NCBI RefSeq assembly: GCF_046119375.1
Contig: NW_027362769.1
Location: forward strand, 360,096,001-360,160,000
DNA: 64,000 nt
Reading direction: 5' to 3'
Origin: Phyllobates terribilis
Lineage: Eukaryota
Part shown: piece by piece, positions 37,201-50,881 of the stretch
Layout: every line of letters begins with the position of its first letter
Position numbering within the stretch: the stretch's first letter is position 1
Notes under the pieces: generated by a model
What the model was told of the DNA's origin: nothing
The model's database searches: none
The model's input: the letters and a program-made list of their open reading frames with translations, nothing else
Translations under genes and position numbers: made by a program

Positions 37201-39479
37201 ATCAGAGCCACCTCCTTGTCCCCTGCAGAGCTGTATGATCAGTGCCACCACCTTGTCCCCGCCATAGCTGTATAAGTGCCACCACCTTGTCCCCGGCAGA
37301 GCTGTATGATCAGAGCCACCTCCTTGTCCCCTGCAGAGCTGTATGATCAATGCCACCACCTTGTCCCCGCCAGAGCTGTAAAAGTGCTACCACCTTGTCC
37401 CCGGCAAAGCTGTATGATCAGAGCCACCTTCTTGTCCCCTGCAGAGCTGTATGATCAGTGCCACCACCTTGTCCCCTGCAGAGCTGTATAATCAGTGCCA
37501 TCATCTTGTCCCCGGCAGAGCTGCATTATCAGTGCCACCACTTTGTCCCCTGCAGAGCTGTATGATCAGTGCCACCTCCTTGTCCCCTGCAGAGCTGTAT
37601 GATCAGAGCCACCACCTTGTCCCCTACAGAGCTGTATGATCAGTGCCACCACCTTGTCCCCTGCAGAGCTGTATAATCAGTGCCATCATCTTGTCCCCGG
37701 CAGAGCTGTATGATCAGTGCCACCACCTTGTCCCCGGCAGAGCTGTATGATCAGAGCCACCTCCTTGTCCCCTGCAGAGCTGTATGATCAGAGCCACCAC
37801 CTTGCCCCCTTCCGAGCTGTATGATAAGAGCCACCACCTTGTCCCCTGCAGAGCTGTATGATCAGTGCTACCACCATGTCCCCGGCAGAGCTGTATGATC
37901 AGAGCCATCACCTCGTCCCCGGCAGAGCTGTATTATGAGTGACACCACTTTGTCTCCTGCAGAGCTGTATGATCAGTGCCACCACCTTGTCCCCGCCAGA
38001 GCTGTATAAGTGCCACCACCTTGTCCCCGGCAGAGCTGTATGATCAGAGCCACCTCCTTGTCCCCTGCAGAGCTGTATGATCAGTGCCACCACCTTGTCC
38101 CCTGCAGAGCTGTATAATCAGTGCCATCATCTTGTCCCCGGCAGAGCTGCATTATCAGTGCCACCACTTTGTCCCCTGCAGAGCTGTATGATCAGTGCCA
38201 CCACCTTGTCCCCACCAGAGCTGTATAAGTGCCACCACCTTGTCCCCGGCAGAGGTGTATGATCAGAGTCACCACCTTGTCCCCTGCAGAGCTGTATGAT
38301 CAGTGCCACCACCTTGTCCCCTGCAGAGCTGTATAATCAGTGCCATCATCTTGTCCCCGGCAGAGCTGTATGATCAGTGCCACCACCTTGTCCCCGCCAG
38401 AGCTGTATAAGTGCCACCACCTTGTCCGCGGCAGAGCTGTTTGATCAGAGCCACCTCCTTGTCCCCTGCAGAGCTGTATGATCAGTGCCACCACATTGTC
38501 CCCGCCAGAGCTGTATTAGTGCTACCACCTTGTCCCCGGCAGAGCTGTATGATCAGAGCCACCTCCTTGTCCCCTGCAGAACTGTATGATCAGTGCCACC
38601 ACCATGTCCCCTGCAGAGCTGTATAATCAGTGCCATCATTTTGTCCCCGGCAGAGCTGCATTATCAGTGCCACCAATTTGTCCCCTGCAGAGCTGTATGA
38701 TCAGTGCCACCTCCTTGTCCCCTGCAGAGCTGTATGATCAGAGCCACCACCTTGTCCCCTACAGAGCTGTATGATCAGTGCCACCACCTTGTCCCCTGCA
38801 GAGCTGTATAATCAGTGCCATCATCTTGTCCCCGGCAGAGCTGTATGATCAGTGCCACCACCTTGTCCCCGGCAGAGCTGTATGATCAGAGCCACCTCCT
38901 TGTCACCTGCAGAGCTGTATGATCAGTGCCACCACCTTGTCCCCTGCAGAGCTGTATGATCAGTGCCACCACCTTGTCCCCACCAGAGCTGTATAAGTGC
39001 CAACACCTTGTCCCCGGCAGAGCTGTATGATCAGAGCCACCACCTTGTCCCCTGCAGAGCTGTATGATCAGTGCTACCACCATGTCCCCGGCAGAGCTGT
39101 ATGATCAGAGCCACCACCTTGTCCCCGGCAGAGCTGTATTATGAGTGCCACCACTTTGTCCCCTGCAGAGCTGTATGATCAGTGCCACCACCTTGTCCCC
39201 GCCAGAGCTGTATAAGTGCCACCACCTTGACCCCGGCAGAGCTGTATGATCAGAGCCACCTCCTTGTCCCCTGCAGATCTGTATGATCAGTGCCACCACC
39301 TTGTCCCCTGCAGAGCTGTATAATCAGTGCCATCATCTTGTCCCTGGCAGAGCTGCATTATCAGTGCCACCACTTTGTCCCCTGCAGAGCTGTATGATCA
39401 GTGCCACCACCTTGTCCCCTGCAGATCTGTATGATCAGTGCCACCACCTTGACCCCGGCAGAGCTGTATGATCAGTGCC
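28292..39479 (+). repeat. 37-bp (and 34-bp variant) HDE-derived satellite, main block, about 300 units with higher-order duplications
   Basis: Continues the 15394-15914 array in register after the TSD. Ends ...AGAGCTGTATGATCAGTGCC|CGTATATG, where unique sequence resumes. Confidence 0.97.
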
Positions 39480-39954
39480 CGTATATGCTGCCGCTTCTAG
39501 ATTATAGTGTGTACAGGGAGCGGCTCCAGTGTTATAATGAATAAGCTTTTCCCCACATCTCCGCATAGAGCTGCGCTGTGTCCCGATCACACCAGTGCAG
39601 GTGACCGATCAGTGTAATCAATGGAGGGAAGGGGCCGATGTCCTACAGAAATCTACATCATCCTAATCAATCACCACTTGTAACCTGCGTCTTTATTAGT
39701 GAAAGGATTAGTGTGCGGTTATTACTTCGATGTGAGAATTGGAGAACCAGTGATTTGACTGATGATAGAGTAGACCCTGTACAGCTCCGTGTACTGGTGA
39801 CATAGAACAGTGACGACGGCGGCTCTTGCTGTAGAAGCCGCATGTAGACATGGTGTGACCCTGTGCCAGTATCCGCAGCCAGAAAAGAGAGAACAGAGAC
39901 CCTGCCCCTCTTTTTGAGGGCGGGATTAATGGGCGTTGGGATGATTTTGTGAAT

Positions 39955-40532
<578 letters not shown>

Positions 40533-40563
40533 ATCCGTCCTACACGTCTGACTATAACACAAA

Positions 40564-40579
40564 GGCTCTTTTCAGAGCC
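40564..40579 (+). terminator. Histone 3' stem-loop (H3)
   Basis: AAA-GGCTCTTTTCAGAGCC-ACCAA, with AACGAGCTG starting 18 nt after the stem. Confidence 0.97.
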
Positions 40580-41289
40580 ACCAAATCCTCCATAATAACG
40601 AGCTGATCCCTCACATCTGCTTCATATTCTGCTGAGTGTTCACTTGTGCTCAGTAACATCAGGGGCGCTCAGTTCTCTGCTCAGTCCGCTATTGATATCT
40701 GGGGGGATTATTCCCTCCAATGCAGTTATAAGGGTGTGTAGAAATGATCTGATGACTACACGAAGTACATTCTACTCATTCAACCACTTAATATTCGTAT
40801 CCCCACTAGTTTTCGCACCGATCTTGCCGCACATCCAATAATATCAGCTTTATATAATGTATTAGGAGTCTGGACTGTGTTTTGAAGGAATAAATGCGCA
40901 GATTTCTTGGTGTATATGATGCGATCATTATAGGACGTCCATTATCCAGCGCTATCTCCTGTGAACACTCGCTGACTCCTATCAGCCGCACGGGTCTGAT
41001 CCTGGAAACGTATCAGGGTTAAGAGACTAATATCCTCTGCAGCTCTGTAGTAGGTTTATCTAGATAATATTAACCGACATTTTATAAAATCCCCGCCTCC
41101 TTCTTTCAAAGTTCTCTGTAAACTGCAGTATCTCGTTTCTTTATATTCCCGGCACTCGGAATATTGCTGGTGTGATGGAGTCACCATTGTTAGGATCGGT
41201 TCTGCACTTTATGTTATTGAAAACGGATACTGGATCCTGGAAATGATAGAGATTCCTGTATGGAACCAAGAGACCATTGATCGCTCAAC

Positions 41290-41580
41290 ACAAGCAAATT
41301 TCCTGATATCCGACCGTCCTGAAACCACGTGATCCAGAAGGACAAAGAACAGAAAAAGCCATCAGCCCCTGAGCGGCAACTTCCTATTCGGTAACTATTA
41401 ACATTAGCTCCTCCCCTTCCTCTGCTGATTGGCTGAACACAGGACGTTAGGGAGTTTGAATTTCCCGCTCCTTGTAGTTTCCGCAGCTTCTACATGTAAT
41501 TGTGTTACTACTTCTGCTGTGAAGAGAAGTGTCCGGTCTATAGATAAACTCCACTGAGCACATTCATGTAGTCACCTTCC
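41290..41580 (-). repeat. Spacer module copy A (E2F-like TTTCCCGC plus CCAAT)
   Basis: 41401-41487 is the reverse complement of 42400-42487. Homology with 49770-50015 extends about 100 bp on each side. Confidence 0.8.
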
Positions 41581-42339
41581 AGATCACAGTGTATTCTCCA
41601 TTGGATATGGGACCACTGGAATGAGAATCAATCAGCTGCTCAGTGATTATGTTATTTATACTGTTCCTTTTTTATTTGCTCAATCTGAGCTGTTGTCTTT
41701 ATCTTCTACAGGAAGATAACAAATGTTCTCTAAGTGCAAATCCTCAAATGAAGAAACAAGTGATATCTGAGTTTTATGATCTCTGTCAATTACAATACAA
41801 GTGTTATTAGGAGAAAGTAAATATTGTCATTTCTGATGAGCGGAAAATCCCAGTGGTGGCAAAATATTAAGTATCTGAGCAGTGCTGCTGACCGCGGCTT
41901 CCTCCCTGCACTGTCCTTAGAAGAGGCAATAATCCTGGCTGCCACAATCCTCCTCTGATCGTGTCCAGGCATGGTCACATGCTGCTGCTCCTGGCAAATC
42001 ACCGCACCCCAAGAGCAATTCTATCAGAAGTGACAAGCCCGTTTTGGAAACGTCACAGAGCTCAGTCAGGATCCTATAGATTAGTCACCGGGAGCAGCCA
42101 GAATGTCACATGTATTAATACATGTAGATTGTACAGAATGAAGCCATGGCAAGGGATGATGAGGGGAGTAGTAAGATGCGGAAATGACCATGGAGATGTG
42201 AATAGCATGTTAGGAATATGCTGGTATGATGGAAGTGGGGGTTAATCACTGTCAGTGCCGCTATCTGTATATTCAGCAGTGATCTGATGCTTCTGCTCAG
42301 CTTCATCTCACTTGCAGGAGGTTGGTGTCGTGTCTGCCC

Positions 42340-42921
<582 letters not shown>

Positions 42922-42953
42922 TTGTATTCTCTGCTCCATCCTGACAACCCAAA

Positions 42954-42969
42954 GGCTCTTTTCAGAGCC
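42954..42969 (+). terminator. Histone 3' stem-loop (H4)
   Basis: GGCTCTTTTCAGAGCC-ACCAC, with purine-rich AGAGGCT 18 nt after the stem. Confidence 0.97.
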
Positions 42970-43239
42970 ACCACATCTTCTAAGTGAGAGGCTACAATCT
43001 CCTGTTGCTGTGCCGGGAGCTGATCTCTACTGTGCACTGGTGATCTCTGTATTCTGACTGGTAGATCGCTCAGGTGTCCGGTTCTCATCAGTGTAAGTTT
43101 TGTGCTTCCCATATTGGGGAGAACGGCGGACAGTGATTCTATCACTAGTGAGATAACACTGATCTGCGGTTACTACAGAACATTGGATCCAGGTCCTGCA
43201 GTGAGAAGAATGTGACTCTACTACATATTTCCACATCAG

Positions 43240-46200
43240 ATTATTATAGCGCCATTTATTCCATGGCACTTTACATGTGAAGAAGGGGTATACATACAAG
43301 AGCAATTACAATAATCTTGAACACAATGTGATGGCGACTGGTACAGGAGGAGCGAGGTCCCTGCCTGCGATGGCTCAGTCTACAAGGGATGGGTGAGGGT
43401 AGAGCTGGTCGTGCAGCATTATTTGTGGAGTGGTGGTTTCTGCAGGTTGTAGGCTTGTCGGAAGAGGTGGGTCTTCAGGCTCTTTTTGAAGGTTTCCACT
43501 GTCGACGAGAGTCTGATGTGTTGGGGTAGAAAGTTCCAGAGTAGGGGAGACGCACGGGAGAAATCTTGTATGTGATTGTGGGAAGGGGCGATAAGAGGGG
43601 AGCAGAGAAGGAGATCTTGTGAGGATCGGAGGTTGCGGGAGAGTAGGCAAGATATATGTGGAGGAGACAGGTTGTGAATGGCTTTGTATGTCATGGTTAG
43701 GGTTTTTAACTGGAGTCTCTGGGCAATGGGGAGCCAGTGAAGAGATTGACAGAGGAGAGGCTGGGGGAAAAGTGGATTAGTCGGGCAGCAGAGTTTAGGA
43801 TGGATTGGAGGGGTGCGAGAGTGTTAGAATGGAGGCCACAGAGCAGGAGGTTGCAGTAGTCAAGGCGGGAGATGATGAGAGCGTGCACTAGTGTTTTTGC
43901 AGATTCATGGTTGAGGAATTTGCGGATCCGGGAGATATTTTTGAGTTGGAGTCGGCAGGAAGTGGAAAGGACTTGGATATGTGGTTTGAAGGAGAGTTCA
44001 GAGTCCAGGGTTACCCCAAGGCAGCGAGCTTGATGGACTGGGGAGAGTGGGCAGCCATTGATGTTGATAGGTCAGTTTGGGGGGGTTGAATGAGATGGCG
44101 GAAAGATGATGAATTCTGTTTTGTCCATGTTAAGTTTTAGAAATCTAGCAGAGAAGAAGGATGAAATAGCAGACAGACATTGTGGGATTTTGGTTAGTAA
44201 GGAGGTGATATCAGGTCCAGAGAGGCAGATCTGTGTGTCTTCAGCATAGAGGTGATAATGAAAGCCATGAGACTCTATGAGCTGTCCCAGGCCTAAGGTG
44301 TAGATGGAGAAGAGCAGGGGTCCTAGAACTGAACGTTGGGGGACACCGACAGATAGGGGGTGAGATGAGGAGGTGGTCTGTGAGTGAGAGACACTGAATG
44401 TCCTGTCTGTTAGATATGAGGAGATCCAGGATAGGGCCCAGTTTGTGATGCCGAGAGATGAGAGTTTTTAGTAAGAGGGAATGGTCCACTGTGTCGAAGG
44501 CAGATGACAGGTCTAAGAGGAGGAGGACAGAATAGTGTCGCTTATATTTGGCGGTTAGTAGGTCGTTGGTAACTTTGGTCAGTGCAGTTTCAGTAGAATG
44601 GTGCGGTCGGAAACCAGATTGTAGGTGGTCGAAGAGGGAGCAGGAGGAGAGGTGGGAGGACAGCTCAGAATTGACGTGTTGTTCCAGTAGTTTTGAGGCA
44701 TAGGGGAGAAGTGATATGGGGCGATAGCTAGACAGAGAGGATGGGTCAAGGGAGGGCTTTTTGAGGATGGGTGTGATTGAGGCATGTTTGAAGCATGAGG
44801 GTAAGACACCTGTTGTTAGTGACAAGTTGAAGAGGAGGGCTAGCGCTGGGATGAAGATAGTGGTAAGGTTTGGGATGAGGTGGGACGGGATTGGGTCAAG
44901 TTTACAGGTGGTGAGGTGTGATTTGGAAAGCAAAGAGGAAAGTTGATCTTCCGTAATGGTGGAGAGTGTGGTTTTGAAGGAGGAAGGTTGAGTAGGTGTG
45001 GGGAGGGGCTGTGGGGGCTTTAGGCAAAAGCTTTGTCTGATGGTGTCAATCTTCTGTTTGAAGAATGAGGCAAAGTCTTCGGCTGAAATAAGAGGAGAGG
45101 AAGGAGGCACTGGGGGACGGAGGAGAGAATTGAAGGTGTTGAATAGTTGTTTGGGGTTGTGAGACAGGGAGGATATGAGAGACGTGAAGTATGTTTGCTT
45201 TGCTGCAGTGAGTGTGGACTTGAAGGTAGTGAGAGACTGTTTGAATGCGATGAAGTGCTCATTGGAGTGGGACCTTTTCCATCTACGATCAGCAACCCTG
45301 GAGGCTCTTCGCAGTTCTTTAGTTAGGCTGGTGTGCAAGGGTTGTCTGTTGATTGTGCGGACTTTGGTATGTGTGAGGGGGTCGACCGAATCGAGAGCTG
45401 CAGCTGTTGTGGTGTTGTATAAAGTGGCTGCAACATCTGCATCATGTAAGGAACTAATGTCTGTAAGAAGGAGAAGGGATTCAGAGAGTGAGTGTAGGTC
45501 AAGGTGTTTGAGATTTCTGCGAGGGTATGCAAGTTTGTGAAGTGGGGATTGTTGCCCTGGAGAGAAGAGGATAGAGAATGTAAGTAGGTTGTGGTCAGAG
45601 AGAGGGAGAGGTGAGTTAGAGAGGTTAGATGGGGAACAGAGGCTGGAGAAGATAAGGTCCAGTGTGTGGCCGTCTTTGTGGGTGGGTGTGGAAGACCACT
45701 GGGTAAGACCAAAGGAGGAAGTGAGGGATTGAAGCTTAGTGGTGGCTGAGAGGGAAGTGTCAATGGGGATGTTGAAGTCACCCATGAGGATAGTGGGGAT
45801 GTCAACGGAGAGGAAATGAAGTAGCCAAGTGGTGAAGTGGTCAAAGAAAGTGGTTAGTGGTCAAATAAAGTGGTGGCTGATCCTGGGGGGCGGTAGATGA
45901 CAGCCAGTTGGAGGGGGAGTAGATGCGCACGCAGTGCACTTCAAAAGAGGGGAGAGAAATTGAGGGTGGCAGTGGAATATGGGTGAAGGAACAGTTATCT
46001 GAGAGGAGGAAACATATTCCTCCACCGTGCTTGCCGGTGGGGCGGGGGGTATGGGAGAAGAGGAATTCGCCGTACGAAAGTGCAGCAGGAGAGGCCGTGT
46101 CAGAGGGGGTGAGCCAGGTTTCAGTGATGTCGAAGAAGGAAAGCTTGTTGGTGATGAAGAGGTCGTGAATAAAGGAAAGTTTGTTGCAGACGGAGCGAGC

Positions 46201-46600
46201 GTTCCATAGAGCTCCTGTTAGGGGGATTGGGGAAGGGGGGGGCTGGGCGGATGGGTATAAGGTTAGAACGGTTACGAGAGTTTGGGATAGATCGTCGGTA
46301 GGAGGTGGAAGTGACTGTGGGGATGTGGTGAGGATCTCTAGCTCCAGTGACTCCACATTCTCTAGGTTTCCCGGACTAGGGGAGCAGTATTCACTGATGG
46401 AAGACTCGGGGTTCAGCGACGCTCCGGTCGCTGGTTGATGCATATAGTGTAGTCGCTCTATCCAGATGCTGGGATGTGCCCTGTGTGATCTGGAGACTGG
46501 TATCCTTTTCGGCAGATTGCAGCACATTCAGTTTTGTGGACAAAGATCCTGACCAGGGAAGACTAACCTGCCTTTCCAATTGGATCCCTTTCTTGAATTA
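43240..46600 (-). mobile_element. L2/CR1-group LINE, frameshifted (endonuclease plus RT)
   Basis: Minus-strand LWNARSV...ETWL and GDFNIP (APE); YRPISLL, QSGFRPHHSTETAL and LDLSSAFDTVDH (RT). Catalytic motif reads YAED. ATAATAAT-type 3' tail near 43240. The 5' boundary is approximate. Confidence 0.9.
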
Positions 46601-47785
46601 CGCCCCCACCTCCAATGGGGAGTTCGTTTTTTTTTCTCTGTATAAAAACCTAAGATTCTGCAGTTATTGGGCCCTGATTAGTACCAGGCTCAGTGTATAT
46701 GCAGGGTACGAGATCCTTTGTGCGGCTGCCTGTAATATTGGTAGCTGTTACAGCCTGGGACGTGTCTGTTATACACTCCTGACATGTACTGGTGTGTCTG
46801 CTCCTCAGTCTTTCACTTTTGGAGCTGACACCGCTGACTTTGGGTGATGTGATGTGTCTTCTTATGGATCTATAACATAAATATTACACACAGTGGATGC
46901 GGGGGAGTGGTGATACATATAGCTCTGTGCACACAGCTCATACCCTGCTGTGATGCGATTATTACAGAACAGAAATCCAAGTCTTGCCATGAGATGAATG
47001 TGTTGATTCTGCTACATGATATTTTTTCAGATCAGTGTAGAACGCAGGGGCAGCGAATATTCACTGCATGAGGCAGCTGGATAGATGGCCGCCCTGTGTA
47101 CCCGGTATGTAGACTCCAATGTGATGACCGCTGATCTGTTTAGCCAATGAGTAGTAACCAGATATAAGGGTTTCCTCCTCCGTTTAACTCCTTAGTGGCC
47201 GTGTGACTGCTGATCACACACATGCTTTACTCAAGCGGCTCCTTCCCCCACTACAGACCCGCAGCGCTCACATCAGGCTCCTGGTAGAACATGAGAGACT
47301 TGTCTTAGTCTGTGGTGGGATCGGAACTGACACCACAGGGAATCTGCAAAGAATAATACGTGGGTGAGTGAGGAGCCTCCTGCACGTGTAGATGGAGCGG
47401 AGAAGCATCAGATCACTGCTGAATATACAGATAACGGCATTGATTGGAATTAACCCCCTCTCCCCCTACATGAGGATTGTGTGGAGCGCAGAAAACCCAA
47501 GCAAAGTAATCGTCCGATTTATAGGTTTTATGGAATAAAAAACATAATGACTGGACTCCATGCTTAATCTTCCCCTATGCAAATATTTATCAGTCATCCC
47601 TTGTACACTGCTGAATATACTAGATCACTGCACCATCACCACACCAGTAACATGTAGCAGGATCTACCTGTGCATTTAATGCTTCTACTCTATAGTAAAC
47701 AATGTATCGTGTAGTTCTATCTGACGCTGCAGGCGATGGTTCTCTTATCCACCAGCGGTGCCGGCTCTGATGAGGAGGATGTGGT

Positions 47786-47801
47786 GGCTCTTAGAAGAGC
47801 C
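47786..47801 (-). terminator. Histone 3' stem-loop (H2A)
   Basis: Minus strand GGCTCTTCTAAGAGCC-ACCAC, with AGAGCCGG 18 nt after the stem. Confidence 0.96.
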
Positions 47802-47835
47802 TTTGGTTGTTCGGACAGATGTGGAGGAGCGGCGC

Positions 47836-48941
<1,106 letters not shown>

Positions 48942-48975
48942 NNNNNTCCGTCTGCTGCTCCGTCATCACCCCAAA

Positions 48976-48991
48976 GGCTCTTCTAAGAGCC
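48976..48991 (+). terminator. Histone 3' stem-loop (H2B)
   Basis: GGCTCTTCTAAGAGCC-ACCAC, with AGAGCTGT at 49009-49016. Confidence 0.96.
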
Positions 48992-48997
48992 ACCACC

Positions 48998-49536
48998 CCG
49001 TCTCCATCAGAGCTGTGGCTGCTCCTGTGTCCTCTCCCGTCTTCATCAGAGCTGTGGCTGCTCCTGTGTCCTCTACCGTCTCCATCAGAGCTGTGGCTGC
49101 TCCTGTGTCCTCTCCCGTCTTCATCAGAGCTGTGGCTGCTCCTGTGTCCTCTGCCGTCTCCATCAGAGCTGTGGCTGCTCCTGTGTCCTCTCCCGTCTCC
49201 ATCAGAGCTGTGGCTGCTCCTGTGTCCTCTCCCGTCTACATCAGAGCTGTGGCTGCTTCTGTGTCCTCTCCCATCTACATCAGAGCGGTGGCTGCTCCTG
49301 TGTCCTCTCCCGTCTACATCAGAGCGGTGGCTGCTCCTGTGTCCTCTGCCGTCTACATCAGAGCTGTGGCTGCTCCTGTGTCCTCTCCCGTCTACATCAG
49401 AGCTGTGGCTGCTCCTGTGTCCTCTCCCGCCTACATCAGGGCTGTGGCTGCTCCTGTGTCCTCTCCCGCCTACATCAGAGCTGTGGCTGCTCCTGTGTCC
49501 TCTCCCGTCTACATCAGAGCTGTGGCTGCTCCTGTG
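48998..49536 (+). repeat. 39-bp minisatellite containing the H2B HDE, 14 copies
   Basis: Unit CCGTCT(C/A)CATCAGAGCTGTGGCTGCTCCTGTGTCCTCTC; the first unit holds the HDE of H2B. Confidence 0.95.
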
Positions 49537-49769
49537 TTCTGTCTATTCACAGGGTAAATGACAGGTGGCGCTAGTACAGCTGATTAACCCTTTCTAGACT
49601 GATAGTGAAACCTATGAATGAGTCCTTCACAGCTCTGATCCTTTCAGTAATCTTATGAGCGAGTTGTCCTGTGTTCAGTGGCTTTTTACTCAACCACTTG
49701 CTCCCCAGATCTGATATTCCGGGGTCTCCTTCATCCGGTATAACATGATTCGTTTAGTTCATGTTTCTC

Positions 49770-50015
49770 CGAATAACATGAGACATTTGTGTAGATTTTA
49801 TCTATAATTCCGGACACTTCTTTTCACAGCGGAAGAAATTACATCATTACATTTAGAAGTTGTGGAAACTACAATGAGCGGGAAATTCATAATCCGCAGA
49901 GGAAGAGGAGGAGCTAATGTTACCAATGGGTGAATTCCCGCTCAGTGCTTGATGGATTTTCTGTTCCTTGTCTTCATATAACACGTGGTCCTATGTCGGG
50001 CCGATATCGGGAACA
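49770..50015 (+). repeat. Spacer module copy C
   Basis: TATCTATA..CCGGACACTTCT...GGAAACTACAATGAGCGGGAAATTCA...GAGGAGCTAATGT...CCGCTCAG...CACGTGGT...GATATC, colinear with the reverse complement of 41290-41580. Confidence 0.75.
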
Positions 50016-50373
50016 CCTGCATGTGTGCCGCGATTATTCCTCGTTTACATCACATACAGGAGTCTGTAGAGTTTCGGGATTAGGGCAGCAGATCTTTCTC
50101 TTCAGTACATTGCATCACAATCACTATTGTGGAGGACTATATACTGATCGGGGATTTATCCTACAAGAGACATTTCTAGAAAGATCAATTCTACTTTCCC
50201 ATGCAGATCTCATTATGTCTCCCCGATCATCTCCTCAGCAGTTTTCCAGTAATCCATTTACAGATCAATTCTACAGCTAAAGGCAGGAGGTTTGTGACAG
50301 GACACGTACGATTGTGGATTGCAGATTGCTGAGAGTTCATTGCTCAGAACATTACACTCTGCTGTCAGGAGCC

Positions 50374-50481
50374 TATAGGTCAGGCATGCAGTATAGGTCA
50401 GGCATGCAGTATAGGTCAGGCATGCAGTATAGGTCAGGCATGCAGTATAGGTCAGGCATGCAGTATAGGTCAGGCATGCAG
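50374..50481 (+). repeat. 18-bp minisatellite, 6 copies
   Basis: Unit TATAGGTCAGGCATGCAG. Confidence 0.95.
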
Positions 50482-50662
50482 TTAGATCCTCAGTCATCAC
50501 ATCCTCCTCAGGAGATTCTTTCCTGCTCAGGTACTGATCGCTCTTCTGCTCTTTCTCTTGTCCTCTCCCTCTTTATCCACTGACACTGAACATGGGCCCC
50601 GTCTCCTCCCAACCGAGAGAAGCTCCGCACTCCAGTTGTGCTTCCCTGCCGGATAATGTCTG

Positions 50663-50785
50663 TCGTACAGAAAGCGGATTGCACGATGTGGAGACGATCT
50701 GGAGCTGCTGAGACCCCAGAAGGGTAACACAGGCGATGGCCTCCGCTGACTGCCACCTCCCTGACCTGTAATATAAGTACACCCC
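50663..50785 (-). repeat. 123-bp unclassified repeat, inverted partner of 14152-14274
   Basis: Minus-strand translation GCTYITGQGGGSQRRPSPVLP matches the plus-strand translation at 14093..14323. Confidence 0.9.
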
Positions 50786-50881
50786 ACTATTGTGCAAAAG
50801 GTGAACTGCTGAGAGAAGACACAAAATGCAGCGTCTACACACAGAGCACAGCTGTATATAGTGCACAGACTGCACAACAAT

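Noticed and set aside
28396-39471. Dozens of 60-100 aa ORFs (MISATTLSPAELY..., MVALIIQLCRGQ...)
   Set aside because: Frame-cycling products of the 37/34-bp satellite.
28292-39479. CRISPR-like appearance of 37-bp repeats
   Set aside because: Units are contiguous with no unique spacers, there are no cas genes, and the context is eukaryotic.
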